A stretch of 64,000 bases of DNA from Octopus vulgaris (GCA_951406725.2 OX597835.1:11470001-11534000); one strand, 5' to 3'; counted from the first letter of the stretch, positions 26,286 to 39,882 are shown. Numbers and translations: made by a program. Notes: generated from the sequence alone by a model not told the origin.

Positions 26286-28304
26286 ACACACGTATATGTA
26301 TAAATGTGTGTGTGTGTTTGTGTGTGTATTTGCTGTCTTAAACGTTGTGGGTGTCAAAAGGAAGTCGTACGATCACGTGTGAATGGTTTTACATCTAATT
26401 AGAAGAAGAATTCTTGAAGTGCCGCCGTAATTGAATCTCGCTGAATACAGAGATGAAGGCACAAGCTGAAGTTCAATGAAGGGATCTGAGGTTTCCCAGG
26501 GAAAGATAGCTATTAGTGAAGCAGAAACACCCACATGCATACGCCCAGGCATCATGCAAATACGCACACAGAGACACACATGTAATTATATATATATACA
26601 CATACACACACGTATTCCAACATGCAGGTATACATGGTCGCACAGACACAGACACAGACATGCATACACACGCAAGCACACGTACACATATGATATATCA
26701 CATTAAATTAAAATGGTTTCTTACATGCGGTCGTATGTTTTGTTCTGACGATCTTTTCAAGCGAATTTACTGCGGTTGATGGAATTTATAGCTAAAAACG
26801 GTTCGGGCGATTTGAAAACAAGGGTTTTCTGAATATAGATAAAGAAATTTTAAATTGAATTCACGAGGAAGGGCTGAAGGTTGGAAGAAAGCGCTGCGGG
26901 ATAAAGGATGATCGATAATTAAGAATTATTAAGTGCAGAGAGGCAGAAGATTTAGATAGGGGATTACAGATGGAAGCGTTTAAATAACGGGAATTGAATA
27001 AGGGGTAACATCGAAGGGACTGATTTCTCCATAATGTGACAGGGCATGGATATATAATCTTCAATTGTAAAGAATATGAAGGAAAAATAGATTTAAGCAT
27101 AATGTAGATTGTTTTAAAATGAAACTGTAAGAAAATATGTTAAGGTTACAAATTAAAAAGAATAAGGAATAAGGATACGTTTATAAGTAATAGATGTCAA
27201 AGAAAATACAGATGGTTGATGAGAGCAGCACCAAATTACGGACGAGTATCAACCAGGTTTCAAGAATACCAAGTCTGTAGTCTTGAAAGAAATTAGTATA
27301 AGGTGGCGGAGAGGAGATAAGGTGGAAGTAGAAGCTTAAATGGAAGGCATTGAAAAGAAAAAGTGTGAAGAAGAAAATGGAGGAGAAGACGGAAAAGAAG
27401 ACAGCTGTTAATTAAAGATAATTAACTAAGTAGCCATCAAAAATTTACAGAGTGAATGGGGGAGTAGGGTTAGTAGATTTGGATTTAAAAAAGTATTACG
27501 AATATAAAATTTAAGCAGAGAAGACCAAAGAACAGGCAATAGTAATGAATTATGTTGATCGGGATGAGGATGAATTAACGCTTTTAAATAAGAAAACGTG
27601 TGAGAGGTTTGACTAAAACAAATATTATTAATATAAAAATAACTTGCTGGGAGGGTGACGGGGTCTAAACGATGTTGTTATTGTAGTTAAAAGCAGAAAG
27701 TAAATCAATTAGTGTTGGTCTGTATGTACGGCTGCGTGGTCGTCTGTATTTATGGCTGCGCAGACGACGTCTGTATATATGGCTGCGTGTTTTTTTTTTT
27801 TGTGGCTGTGCAGTGTGAATGTGTGCGGGTATGTCTGTGTGCTTGTGGGAAATGTCCAGTGATAATTAGTATGTAGGTTTCTTTAAAAATCAGAGAAAAT
27901 ATCTTCCTTTGTGGTTTTTCGGAAAACAAGTTATTTTAGGAAGAAAACAATCCAATTTATCGAATGTCTACATTTATTTGGAGAAAGTCAGAAGATAACT
28001 ACATAAAGTGAGGTCAGTCTGACAGCGTTGATAATTAAGGTGTTATGTATTGGAAAGAAAGAAAATATGTTTTATCTGCACTTTCATATTACTGATTTGG
28101 TATGCTCTCATGATATGAAAGAAAGGTATTTTCGCGTTTGGGTCACGAAGAAATGGTTTAATTCTATTTATCTAAATTCTTGGTCTGTCGTTTCTGGATT
28201 GATAGCCTTTCTAGGCTGCAGAGACTTGAGATATCATTTAATTAGATCTAAGTCGTCGCCTTATTAGGTTAAAACATATAAACCAAGTAGACTTAAAATA
28301 TTGT

Positions 28305-28938
28305 TCCCTACTCTAGGCACAAGGCCCGAAATTTTGTGGGAGTCGCTAGTCGATTAGATCGACCCCAGTACGTAACTGGTACTTACTTAATTTATCAACT
28401 CCAAAAGATGAATAGCAAAGTCGAACTCGGTGGAATTTGAAATCGGAACATAAAGACAGACGAAATACCTATTTCTTTACTACCCACAAGGGGCTAAACA
28501 CAGGCAGACGGATTAAGTCGATTATATCGACCCCAGTGCGTAACTGGTACTTAATTTATCGACCCCGAAAGGATGAAAGGTAAAGTCGCCTCGGCGGAAT
28601 TTGAGCTCAGAACGTAACGGCAGACGAAATACCTATTTCTTTACTACCCACAAGGGGCTAAACACAGAGAGGACAAACAAGGACAGACAAACGGATTAAG
28701 TCGATTATATCAACCCCAGTGTGTAACTGGTACTTATTTAATCGACCTCTAAGGGATGAAAGGCAAAGTCGACGTCGGCGGAATTTGAACTCAGAACGTA
28801 GCGGCAGACGAAATACCTATTTCTTTATTGCCCAAAAGGGGCTAAACATAGAGGGGACAAACAAAGACAAAGGGATTAAGTCGATTACACCGACCTCAGT
28901 GTATAACTAGTACTTAATTTATCGACCCCGAAAGGATG
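28305..28938 (-). mobile_element. Family B tandem array: three tail-Y units followed by one tail-X unit
   Basis: Junction cgaaatacc|tatttcttta at 28469, 28633 and 28817. Confidence 0.9.
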
Positions 28939-29682
28939 TGTGTGTGTGTGTGTGTGTAGTCCATTTGCTGGACTAAAATTCTTCGAGTCGTTATTCCAGC
29001 ATGGCCACAGTCCAATGACTTAAACAAATTAAGGATAAGCCCTACTAGATATAAACTGCCATGGACACTACCGCTGTTAGTTTCTCCATTTACGGCTGTT
29101 CAAGCAATGTAGGCTAAGACATTTTATTCCACGTTTATTTATATATTGATTCTTAAAATCAAAGACGTGAAAGAAAAACGAGAGGGAGAGACAGAGAGAA
29201 GGAGATGAAGGGAGAGGAAAAGAGAGAGATAAAAAGAGAAAGAGGAAAAGAGAGAGAAGTAAAGCAGCATCAGCTGTTTGCTGGTAGTGGTGCATTGGAT
29301 AGTCTTCTTTCATTGTCTGCTGTATACGTAAGTGTTTTGTGGTTGGTCGTGGCTCGAGTGTATGTTGTCTGATATAATGTGTGTGTGTTATTGTTGGAAT
29401 AGCCTGGTGGATATTCTAAATATGTGAATGTATTATAAATAACAGGAAAAAAAGTCCTTTGTGGGTTTTTGAAAAGAAACTATTTTAGGAAGAAAACAAT
29501 TAATGCAATTTATTGAATGTCTATTAGGATTTATTTAGAGAAAAAAAAAAGAGGTCAGAATATTACTATATCAAGGGAGGTCACTCTGACCTTCTTGTTA
29601 AATTAAGGCGCGAAATATAGTTTGAAAAGGGAAAAAGAGAGAGAGAGAGAGGGAGAGAAAGGGGAGAGAAGAATCCATAAAT

Positions 29683-29721
<39 letters not shown>

Positions 29722-30503
29722 TCAACAACGACAACAATAATAGTAATAGTAGCGCAATGGAGTTTTGGAGATATTGTATTTGTAGGTCGTGTATTTTCAT
29801 TGGTTCCTGGATTCATGAAGGTTTGTGTTTGGTCATGCTTTTGTTACATGCGTAATTGTTATTGTTAATTAATTTCATGCTATAATTAGTCAAATTGTCA
29901 GAGTGACATCCCTTTATATAGTAATTCTCTGACTTTCCTTTTATTTTTTTTGAAGATATGGTACATAAGGTAAAGCAATATGTTGGACATGTTTTCGTTC
30001 GTAAATATATAATTTCGAAAAAAGAAAAGAGAAATATTTCTTTCTTTATAAATTCACACATTTATCATAATCTGACTGGGATCTTTGTGGTTTTCGTCAG
30101 TTCGCAATTTTGTTCCAACTGTCTTCAAATTTGGTAAAAGGATTAAGTTTTTTTATACTAATTATGAAAATGAAAATTATTTTTCCTATAAATCCGTAAT
30201 TAAAAATTTAGTTATTTTAGCCAATCAGAAGCGAGTATTTTACACATCACTGTGGCCGAAAAGTTCTGTTTCTGTAGTAACCAAAGATGCTGCGCATGCG
30301 TAGAAGGAGATACGAGAAAGATAATTTGCCATTATAATAATACTGTCACAACTTATGAATGTAAATCTCTAAATACATATACGTGTGTACATATGTATAT
30401 TTACATATGTGTTCATTTGTGTATAAGTATGTATGTGTGTATATGCATTATATTTATATTTATATATATATATAAACACACATACTTACATTTACATATG
30501 TAC

Positions 30504-30565
<62 letters not shown>

Positions 30566-31075
30566 ATTTATGGATGTATCTGAAGGAATTAATGAATGTA
30601 TAATAATTAAGGAATTAGACAGAGTGCAGCAATAAAAAAATGAAAGAGATCATTAAGAAGGCGCATTGTAGAGGCACATTAGATGAATACTAAAATCAGA
30701 ATTAACTACAAAAGAAAAGTAATCGCCATTAATATTTTAGTTGTGTTAGTAATAATTTATCGTTATAATTTTCTGAACTTGATGTTAAATGAATTAGCAA
30801 GCCTAGACAGGAATAGAAGAAGACATTGACGGTATTAACCACATTAAATCTACCGTAGAACGACTGTCTTTATCACGAATACTGGACGACATAGAGGAGG
30901 GGTGGTCCGTTGGATAATTAGGGTTAAATATTTAGTAATGAATAATTAGAAGCTAATACATAAAGACAAAAACAGTAAAGTCACGTTTTTTTTTTAATAT
31001 TCTGGAAGGTAGCCAACAAATACGAAATACATTATTTACATTCGACGGATATTTGTCCTCGTCTTGTTTGTTGTT

Positions 31076-31121
31076 AACACAACGTTTCGGCTGATATACC
31101 CTCCAGCCGTCTTCAGGTGTC
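31076..31121 (-). ncRNA. Minimal type I hammerhead ribozyme
   Basis: gacac-CUGAAGA-c-ggcug(10 nt)cagcc-GAAA-cg-UU-guguu. Confidence 0.8.
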
Positions 31122-31194
31122 TTGGGGGAAATTTCGAACCTGGGTTCTCATTCCTAAGGTATTTTTCGATGTTATTATTATTATTATTATTATT

Positions 31195-31248
<54 letters not shown>

Positions 31249-31644
31249 CAGTCACTGCTTGGAATCGAACTCGGAAAGCTGTGACTCGAGGAGATATTGA
31301 TAAATCGGGTATAGCTGATCATGTATGGAAAAATGGAGACCACCTCCCCCTGTGGGATGAAGTTAAAATAATAGACAGCGAACACCACTGGAAAATACGA
31401 AAACTAAAAGAAGCACAGGCTAGGACACATCAACCTCTTAAGCAGACCGAGTGCAGATGTGAGTAGCATATGGGAACCGGTATTAAGGAAGGATAGAAAA
31501 ATATTAGATTTATAAGCCCTAAAATTCACTCCATAATTGCCCACGGGTTAAGAGTGCGGGCTACTAACCCCAAGATTCCGAGTTCGATTCCAAGCAGTGA
31601 CCTGAACAACAACAACAACAACAACAACAACAATAATAATAATA

Positions 31645-31689
<45 letters not shown>

Positions 31690-31728
31690 TACCTTAGGAA
31701 TGAGAACCCATGTTGGAAATTTTCCCAA

Positions 31729-31774
31729 GACACCTGAAGAAGGCTGGAGGGTATATCAGCCGAAACGTTGTGTT
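31729..31774 (+). ncRNA. Minimal type I hammerhead ribozyme
   Basis: gacac-CUGAAGA-a-ggcug(10 nt)cagcc-GAAA-cg-UU-guguu; palindromic aacguu stem III; predicted cut after 31769. Confidence 0.8.
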
Positions 31775-31907
31775 AACAACAAACAAGATGAGGACAAATA
31801 TCCGTCTAATGTAAATAATGTACATAATTCCTCATCTCTTAAATATAGAACTGAAATACGAAATAGGGTCTGCTGTGGAAATGCAGGGAGATAAAACAAG
31901 GAGATAA

Positions 31908-32133
31908 AACAAGCAACATAAGAAATATGAAAAAGTCAAAGATTAAACTGAAAATGTGGATACAAAGTGACTTGCTAAAGTGATGGCAGAAAACCCACCA
32001 CATGGCCAATACCTGAAAACAATTCAACAGGATGAAAATAGACAAAGAAAAATTGTAACAGTAACAAGACCAAGAGGGGCTTGAATTCCTGGATATTGCC
32101 TTATCCTTCGATGGCAGTCATCACTTTTGTAAC
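31908..32133 (+). mobile_element. R4/Dong-like LINE fragment (second copy at 34249-34483)
   Basis: IQSDLLK*WQ.KPPHGQYLKTIQQ resembles the W..KPLHGQY motif after RT in RLE-type LINEs. Confidence 0.5.
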
Positions 32134-32174
32134 CTAATTCAGGAAAAAAAAAACTTTGTGTTGAAATATATATA

Positions 32175-32345
32175 GGCGCAGGAGTGGCTGTGTGGTAAGT
32201 AGCTTGCTAAACAACCACATGGTTCCGGGTTCAGTCCCACTGCGTGGCATCTTGGGCAAGTGTCTTCTGCTATAGCCCCGGGCCGACCAATGCCTTGTGA
32301 GTGGATTTAGTAGACGGAAACTGAAAGAAGCATGTCGTATATATG

Positions 32346-32376
<31 letters not shown>

Positions 32377-32585
32377 TTGTGTGTCTGTGTTTGTCCCCCT
32401 AGCATTGCTTGACAACCGATGCTGGTGTGTTTACGTCCCCGTCACTTAGCGGTTCGGCAAAAGAGACCGATAGAATAAGTACTGGGCTTACAGAGAATAA
32501 GTCCCGGGGTCGATTTTCTCGACTAAAGGCGGTGCTCCAGCATGGCCGCAGTCAGATGACTGAAACAAGTAAAAGAGAGTAAAGA
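32175..32585 (+). mobile_element. SINE family C, full length
   Basis: ggcgcaggagtggctgtgtggtaag head, ggttcagtccc B-box-like, (taaaagag) tail. Confidence 0.9.
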
Positions 32586-33203
32586 TATATAAATTAGGAA
32601 ATTGTAAGATTCCAAGCATATGACTTTGGAATTAAATGTACTTGGATTAGTGGATGACAGTGTATTTTGGAATGGTCACTAATAGATTGGATAAAAATTT
32701 AATGAAGACAGAATTTGAAATTAATTTAGATTATCCTCATAAAAATATTTTTATTACAAAAAATTCCTGTACAAAAAAGAAAAAAGGGAAAAGAAAAAGA
32801 ATTCGAGATAGCCGTAAGGTAACGTTCGGTGGTATTAATTCATTTATGAAATACACTTGGTCCCCAGATTCCTTGTTCTAATTAGTTCCCGAAGGCCTTA
32901 ATCACCAATGTTTCGAAACAGAAAGAGAAAACAAAAAACATAGCAACGTTGTCGTCGTCGTCGTCGTCGTAGTCATCATCATCATCATCATCATGATCAT
33001 CATCATCATCATCATCGTCATAGCTATTTTCTTCTTGAAGCGTGTGTTTGTGTGTGTGTGTGTGTATGTGCGTGTGTGTGTGTGTGGGTGGGTACCTGCC
33101 TTTCTCAACCCGTACTAATCTTGAGTATATTTCAATATTATATAATTATGTGATTATATGGGGTCTGGAGTATTCCTGTTTATATATATATATGTATTTA
33201 TGC

Positions 33204-33247
<44 letters not shown>

Positions 33248-33281
33248 GTTTATATATATATAAATATATATATACATATAT

Positions 33282-33313
<32 letters not shown>

Positions 33314-33402
33314 GTATATATATATTTAATATTTGTGTATATATATATATATATGTATATGCATAAATACATATATATATAGATACATATATACATATAG
33401 AT

Positions 33403-33455
<53 letters not shown>

Positions 33456-33739
33456 GTTACATACATATACATATATATATATATAGTTACATATATATAC
33501 ATACATATATATATATATATACATATATATACATATATATACATATATATACATACATATACATATATACGTACAAATGCACACATATATACACACACAC
33601 ACCCATTTATATTTCTCTGTGTGTGTGTGTGTGTGTGTATTTTTGTAAGTAATTTGCACCGGATGCTTGTAGTAACGTGCAAGGAACTGTTATTCCTTTA
33701 TAATTAGTTATTGTTTTGGAACAGTTAATTTCTCATTCT

Positions 33740-34790
33740 ATGGTTATAAATCTTTTTAAGGATGCTCTGTACTTTCCATAAATACAGCAATACAATGTCC
33801 GAAAATTGCTTATTTTCTGTATTTGATATAACTCCCAAGTATTCTATTACAATGCTTACCACTTTTGTGGCTATTCCTCACATTCTTCATAATATCTATT
33901 TGTAATTTTCCCATCTTTCAGTTCAGAATTATTTCTTTCCTCTTTTCGGGAAAGTCTGTTTTATTTTCGTAGATTTCAAATTAACTTATTTACAGAACAT
34001 CTTTCTAGTTCCACTTAACATTCTTTCAATTCTATACTTCTTACTTCTTCTATCTACGTCTGTACTTTGTTAATATTAATAAGTTCTCACTCCTTTGATA
34101 TTAATTCGAAGCTGCTTTTTTTTTTTTTAAATACTTTTCACAGATCCCCACAGTTATTTCCTTCCCTTTCTTCACATATAATATCTTTCGTTCTTTCAGC
34201 AGTTTGCGTATTCTGCTAGATATTACACACTCCACGTTATTTATATAACAAACAACATAAGAAATATGAAAACGTCAAAGACTAAACTGAAAATGTGACT
34301 ACAAAATGACTTGCTAAAGTGTTGGCAGAAAAACCCACCACATGGCCAATACCTGAAAACAATTCAACAGAATGAAAATAGACAAAGAAAAATTGCAACA
34401 GTAACAGACGAGTACAAGTCCAAGAGGGGCTTGAATTCTTAGATATTGCATTATCCTTCGATGGCAGTAATTACCTTTGCAATACTGCTGGATTTTTTTA
34501 ATATATATTTTACACAGATCCCCACAGTTATTTTCTTCCTGTCTTCACATATAACATTTTTCATTCTTCCAGCAGTTTGCGTATTTTGCTAGATATTACA
34601 TACTCCACGTTATTTATATAATTTTCCATTGTTTGATTAGAAAGGAATCATTGTTATATTGCTTTCTATTCGTGCTTTTAGATTATTGAGCGTTTTGTGA
34701 ATGCTATTCTCGTCTGCTTGCCATGTGCACTTGCTTTTGTATGGTCCTTCTCTCTTAAAGAGCTATATTCAGCTTTATTGCTCTTTGTAA
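33740..34790 (-). mobile_element. Highly decayed RLE-type LINE remnant
   Basis: Minus frame M*GIATKVVSIVIEYLGVIS resembles MW...VVPIVIGALG. Confidence 0.3.
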
Positions 34791-35038
34791 AGTCTTACTA
34801 CGTTTTCTACAATTTTAGTGCACCTTTCTTAATCTTTTGCAGTTTTTCAATTTAATGCAATCTTTTTCGAACTTAATGCATTGCTCTTTTCAGTTTTAGG
34901 GCACCAGCTTTAATCTTAGGGTACTTTTATTAAAAAGTGAGAGTGCCTTCTACAATCTTAACATTTTTTTATGTCTCAACAAGCTATCATCAACCTTAGA
35001 GTATTTTCTTCAATTTTAGGGGTCCTTTTTTTCAATTT

Positions 35039-35580
35039 CGGTGCAGGTGTGGCTGTGTGGTAAGAAGTTTGCTTTCTAACCGTATGGTTCCGGGTTCATT
35101 CCACTGCAGGGCACCTTGCACAATTGTCTTCTACTATAGCCTCGGGTCGACCAAAGCCTTGTGAGTAGATTTGATAAACGGAAGCCGAAAGAAGCCCGTC
35201 GTATATACACATATAAGTGTGTGAATTTGAAATCTACGAAAATAAAACAGACTCTCTCTAAAAGAAGGAACATAAATAATTCTGAATTGAAAAATGGGAA
35301 AATGTGTTTGTTTTCGTGTTTGTCCTCCGGCACCGCTTGACAACCGATGTTGGTGTATTTACGTCCCCGAAACTTAGCGGTTTAGTGAAAGGATGTGTTT
35401 GTGTGTGTATATGTTTTTTTTGTTGTTCTTTTTTGTCCCCCACCGCCGCTTGACAACCGGTGGGAAGATTGACGTCATTGCAACTTAGCGTTTCGGTAAA
35501 AGTGTTCGGTAGAATAAGTACCAGGCTTAAAGAAAAAAGTACGGGGATGGATTCGTTTGACTAAGATTCTTGAAATCAGT
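35039..35580 (+). mobile_element. SINE family C carrying an internal 80-bp foreign insert
   Basis: Family C head and tail; 35224-35303 does not belong to the family. Confidence 0.75.
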
Positions 35581-36255
35581 GCCTCAGTCTAATAAAGTAC
35601 CAGTTTCGCATTTGGGTCTATGTAATCGACTTAATCTCTTTGTCTGTCCTTGTTTGTCCCCTCTATGTTTAGCCCCTTGTGGGCAGTAAAGAAATATATA
35701 TAACAGTATATATGTGTGTGTGTGTGAACCCGGGACCATGTGGTTAGTAAACAAGCTACTTACCACATAGCCACTCCATTTGAAAGTATTGAATATTTTT
35801 CTTTAAAAATTAGTATTCATTGTAGCATTTTGTATACACAACTAGAAATTTGACAAAAGTTAAATTATAACCATTGTATATACATATGCCATATATCATG
35901 ATATTTCCTATGGTGGCAAAAGTATATTCTCAAAGTAACTCGACGTATGACGGGTAACATGTTAGTATAAATATATTACGAGAGAGAGAATAGTTTATAT
36001 TTCACATAATGGAGAGATATAATAGATATATGTCATTGGAACATGTTAAGATACTTCCTGTCGACTGAAGTATTTCTACAAACATTAACTAATGACTATC
36101 GCTTGATACGTAAAGTTTAACACGAAGTGTTAACAAGAATTTTAAACTATACAAATCATGCTAGCTTAAATAATGGTTCCAACGCTGTCAGCTTCAATAA
36201 CAAAATTAAAAGCAAGCGGCAGACAATAATAAAGCACGTCCTATGGAGTGAACAA

Positions 36256-36259
<4 letters not shown>

Positions 36260-36309
<50 letters not shown>

Positions 36310-36543
36310 CACGTTATATATATATATACATATATACATATATATATATATATGTATGTATGTATATATATATATACATACATATATACATACGTATACA
36401 TATATATATATATATACATACATATATACATACGTATATATATATATATATATATATATACATACATACGTATATATATATACATATATATATATATACA
36501 TACATATATATACATATATATATATATAAACATACATATATTT

Positions 36544-36588
<45 letters not shown>

Positions 36589-36711
36589 CATATATACATA
36601 TACATGCATATATATACATACATATATATATACATACATACATATATATATATACATACATATACACATATATATATATATACATACATACATACATACA
36701 TATATATATAT

Positions 36712-36758
<47 letters not shown>

Positions 36759-36771
36759 TATATATATATAT

Positions 36772-36845
<74 letters not shown>

Positions 36846-36940
36846 ACATACATATATATATATATATATATAACATACATATATACATATATACATATAT
36901 AAATACACTATATATATATATATATACACATACATATATA

Positions 36941-36988
<48 letters not shown>

Positions 36989-37007
36989 GCATACATATAT
37001 GTATACG

Positions 37008-37065
<58 letters not shown>
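36260..37065. repeat. Compound (TA)/(TACA)/(CA) microsatellite
   Basis: Direct inspection. Confidence 0.98.
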
Positions 37066-37069
<4 letters not shown>

Positions 37070-38180
37070 TATATTTCGTAGGTAACTTTCTTGGCCCATT
37101 AATAGACGGATGATTGTCTTATAGTGTTATTAGTTGACTTAAGTTGCGTTGCTTTTGCTAATCTCTTTATTTGCTGGCCGAACTAATTGCTGCCGATTTC
37201 TTCGCAGTGTCTGCAGCATCTTCTCCGCCTAAATGTGATAACAACTCGGTTGCAGTGATGTGTGTGTTATCTCTATTTAATAGTATCCTACAGAGTTATT
37301 GCGATGACCTTTTAGTGTCTTCTTCTTTGAATGTGTCCATGGAAATCGTTGCTGTTGTTGTGAGTTCTGTGCCTGACTTTTGAACGTTTTTGTTACAGAG
37401 AGAAAAATGGTCCTGCGGCGGTTTCGACGATGACTGAACCCGATGTTCGATAAACTGAACTATTTATTCATTGAATTAGCCTATAAGTGGACCAATGTTC
37501 TGCACACAGATTTACCTTTGATGTAATTTCCATTCAGAATCAGTATGACTCCCTAAGAAGATAAAGCTGGCCCTATGAACTAGACGTACAATCCATATGA
37601 CGGGCGTCCGCACAGTTTCCGTCGACTCAATCTCATTCACAAAGCTCGAATCAACCCGTCTCTATGGTAAAATAAGAGACACTTATCTGAGATACCAATT
37701 GGTGGGATAGAACCCGGGACCTTGTGATTTCGAAGTATTCAACTACACTGCATCGGTTTGTTAGAGAAACTACAAAATGATGAGAATTTTCATAATAGCT
37801 TGAAATTATGGTGCAAAGGAGAAGGCTAGTCAATTACATAGACCCCAGTATTTGACTGGTACTTTATTGTATCGACCCCGATACAATAAAGGGGTGAAAG
37901 GTCAAGTTTACCTAGTCAGTATAACCCAGAACGGTAAGAAACACGATAAACCTCTTCGTAATGGCTTCAACTATGGCTCGAGCCCAGCAGGTTTAGGGAG
38001 AAGAGTTCAGTTGATTACATCAACCCCCAGCACTTTATTTAAGAAGCAAAGCCCACCTCAGCGGCATTTGAACTCAGAACGCAACGAGCCAAAATCAGCC
38101 TCTTTATGGTATTGACGCTTTTGATATGAATCGCCATTTTACCTGGGAGGCAGGTTCTTACTGGAATCAAACATAATGGT

Positions 38181-38593
38181 TACTCTTTATTCTTTACTCT
38201 TTTACTTGTTTCAGTCATTTGACTGCGGCCATGCTGGAGCACCGCCTTTAGTTGAGCAAATCGACCCCAGGACTTATTCTTTGTAAGCCCAGTACTTATT
38301 CTATCGGTCTCTTTTGCCGAACCGCTAAGTGACGGGGACGTAAACACACCAGCATCGGTTGTTAAGCAATGCTAGGGGGACAAACACAGACACACAAACA
38401 TATACATACACATACATACATACATATATACGACAGGCTTCTTTCAGTTTCCGTCTACCAAATCCACTCACAAGGCATTGGTCGGCCCCAGGCTATAGCA
38501 GAAGACACTTGCCCAAGATGCCACGCAGTGCGACTGAACCCAGAACCATGTGGTTGGTAGGCAAGCTACTTACCACACAGCCACTCCTGCGCC
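38181..38593 (-). mobile_element. SINE family C, full length
   Basis: Reverse complement of 32175-32585. Confidence 0.9.
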
Positions 38594-39808
38594 TATTTGT
38601 TGTATTTTATTTCTGTTTATTAAATGCATTCAAATTTTTACACGAATCGATCAGCGTTATCGTATTATACAAAAACAGTTTATCTCCGAACGTTGCACAT
38701 ACATTTGGGGCTACATTTACTACTTTGCGCACCAAGAGGACCACTTGGCACGTATACGGTATCCATTATAATTTCACATTAATATGACTCACATAATTCA
38801 TAAGATTTAAGTGATTTAAACTCGTATATTGCCCAGCTCCTTTAGGATAACGTCATTCGTTTTATGCTAAAATTGTGGATCACTTATTGTAATTGGTAGT
38901 CTCTGGATGGCTTTCTAAACTTAGGGTTTTTCAAGATTATCTTGGGGAGATTCTTAGACGTGACAAGATTTCGTCAGCAGCTTGTATCTTCCAAGGTAAT
39001 GACTTCTTCTTAATACAATCATTTTCAAATATCGAAATTTGAGATGACAATCAAAGTTCACCCCCCCACCCCATCACCACCCGTAAATGAAAGCCAAACT
39101 GAAAGAGGAGTTCTTTCGTTTTATCATCTCCTTTTTTTTTTCTTGTTTCAGTCATTATTTTCAGGTATCTGAAGGCAGCAAACTGGGGCGTCGGACAAAA
39201 TGCTTAGCGGCAGTTCTTTCGACTCTTTACGCTCTGAGTTCAAATTTCGCCGAGGTGAAACTTTGACTTCAATATTTGCTTTGTTTTGAAGTGAATAAAA
39301 TAAAGTACCAGCGAAGTGCTGGGGTCGATGTAATCGATTTGAAGCTTCTCCTAGAATTGCTGACCTCGTACCAAAATTTGGAATCACTTCGAAAAACGTG
39401 CTCTGAAAAGAATTAAATGTTTCTTTGTAGAATTTCAGTTGTTCGCCTTTTTGGCTAAATTCCTGGTATTTAGAAGACGTTTTACTCCCTGATAAATAAA
39501 TTCGAGAGTTTGTGAGTAAAAGATTATTAATCGAAGATATGCTTATATTTTCAGATAAATTATTTACAGTAAATTCTTCTTAAAAAGGGGATACGAAAGT
39601 GGCAAACATGCATGAATTAAAAGCGGGTGAGTTTAACCACGGTTCCCGTATGCTGGATGTCTGATGATGATGATCAGGAGTTAAACTTTCCGAAACGTAG
39701 GATTTCCACTTGTTTTAGTAATTGAACAGCAAAGAGAACGTAAAGAAATCAACACCGGTTGTCAAACGGTAAAAGGCCAAAACAAACACACACAATTATC
39801 TGTCTGTC

Positions 39809-39882
<74 letters not shown>

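Larger units (their letters stand above)
31028..31853 (+). mobile_element. 5'-truncated Penelope-like element with an inverted copy of its terminal repeat
   Basis: GIY-YIG C-terminus KSGIADHVW...LWDEVKIIDSEHHWKIRKLKEA / LSRPSADVSSIWEPVL (31279-31514); 31028-31275 is the reverse complement of 31575-31823. Confidence 0.88.

Noticed and set aside
38923-38995. Possible plus-strand exon VFQDYLGEILRRDKISSAACIFQ
   Set aside because: Weak acceptor, no partner exons or homology; expected by chance
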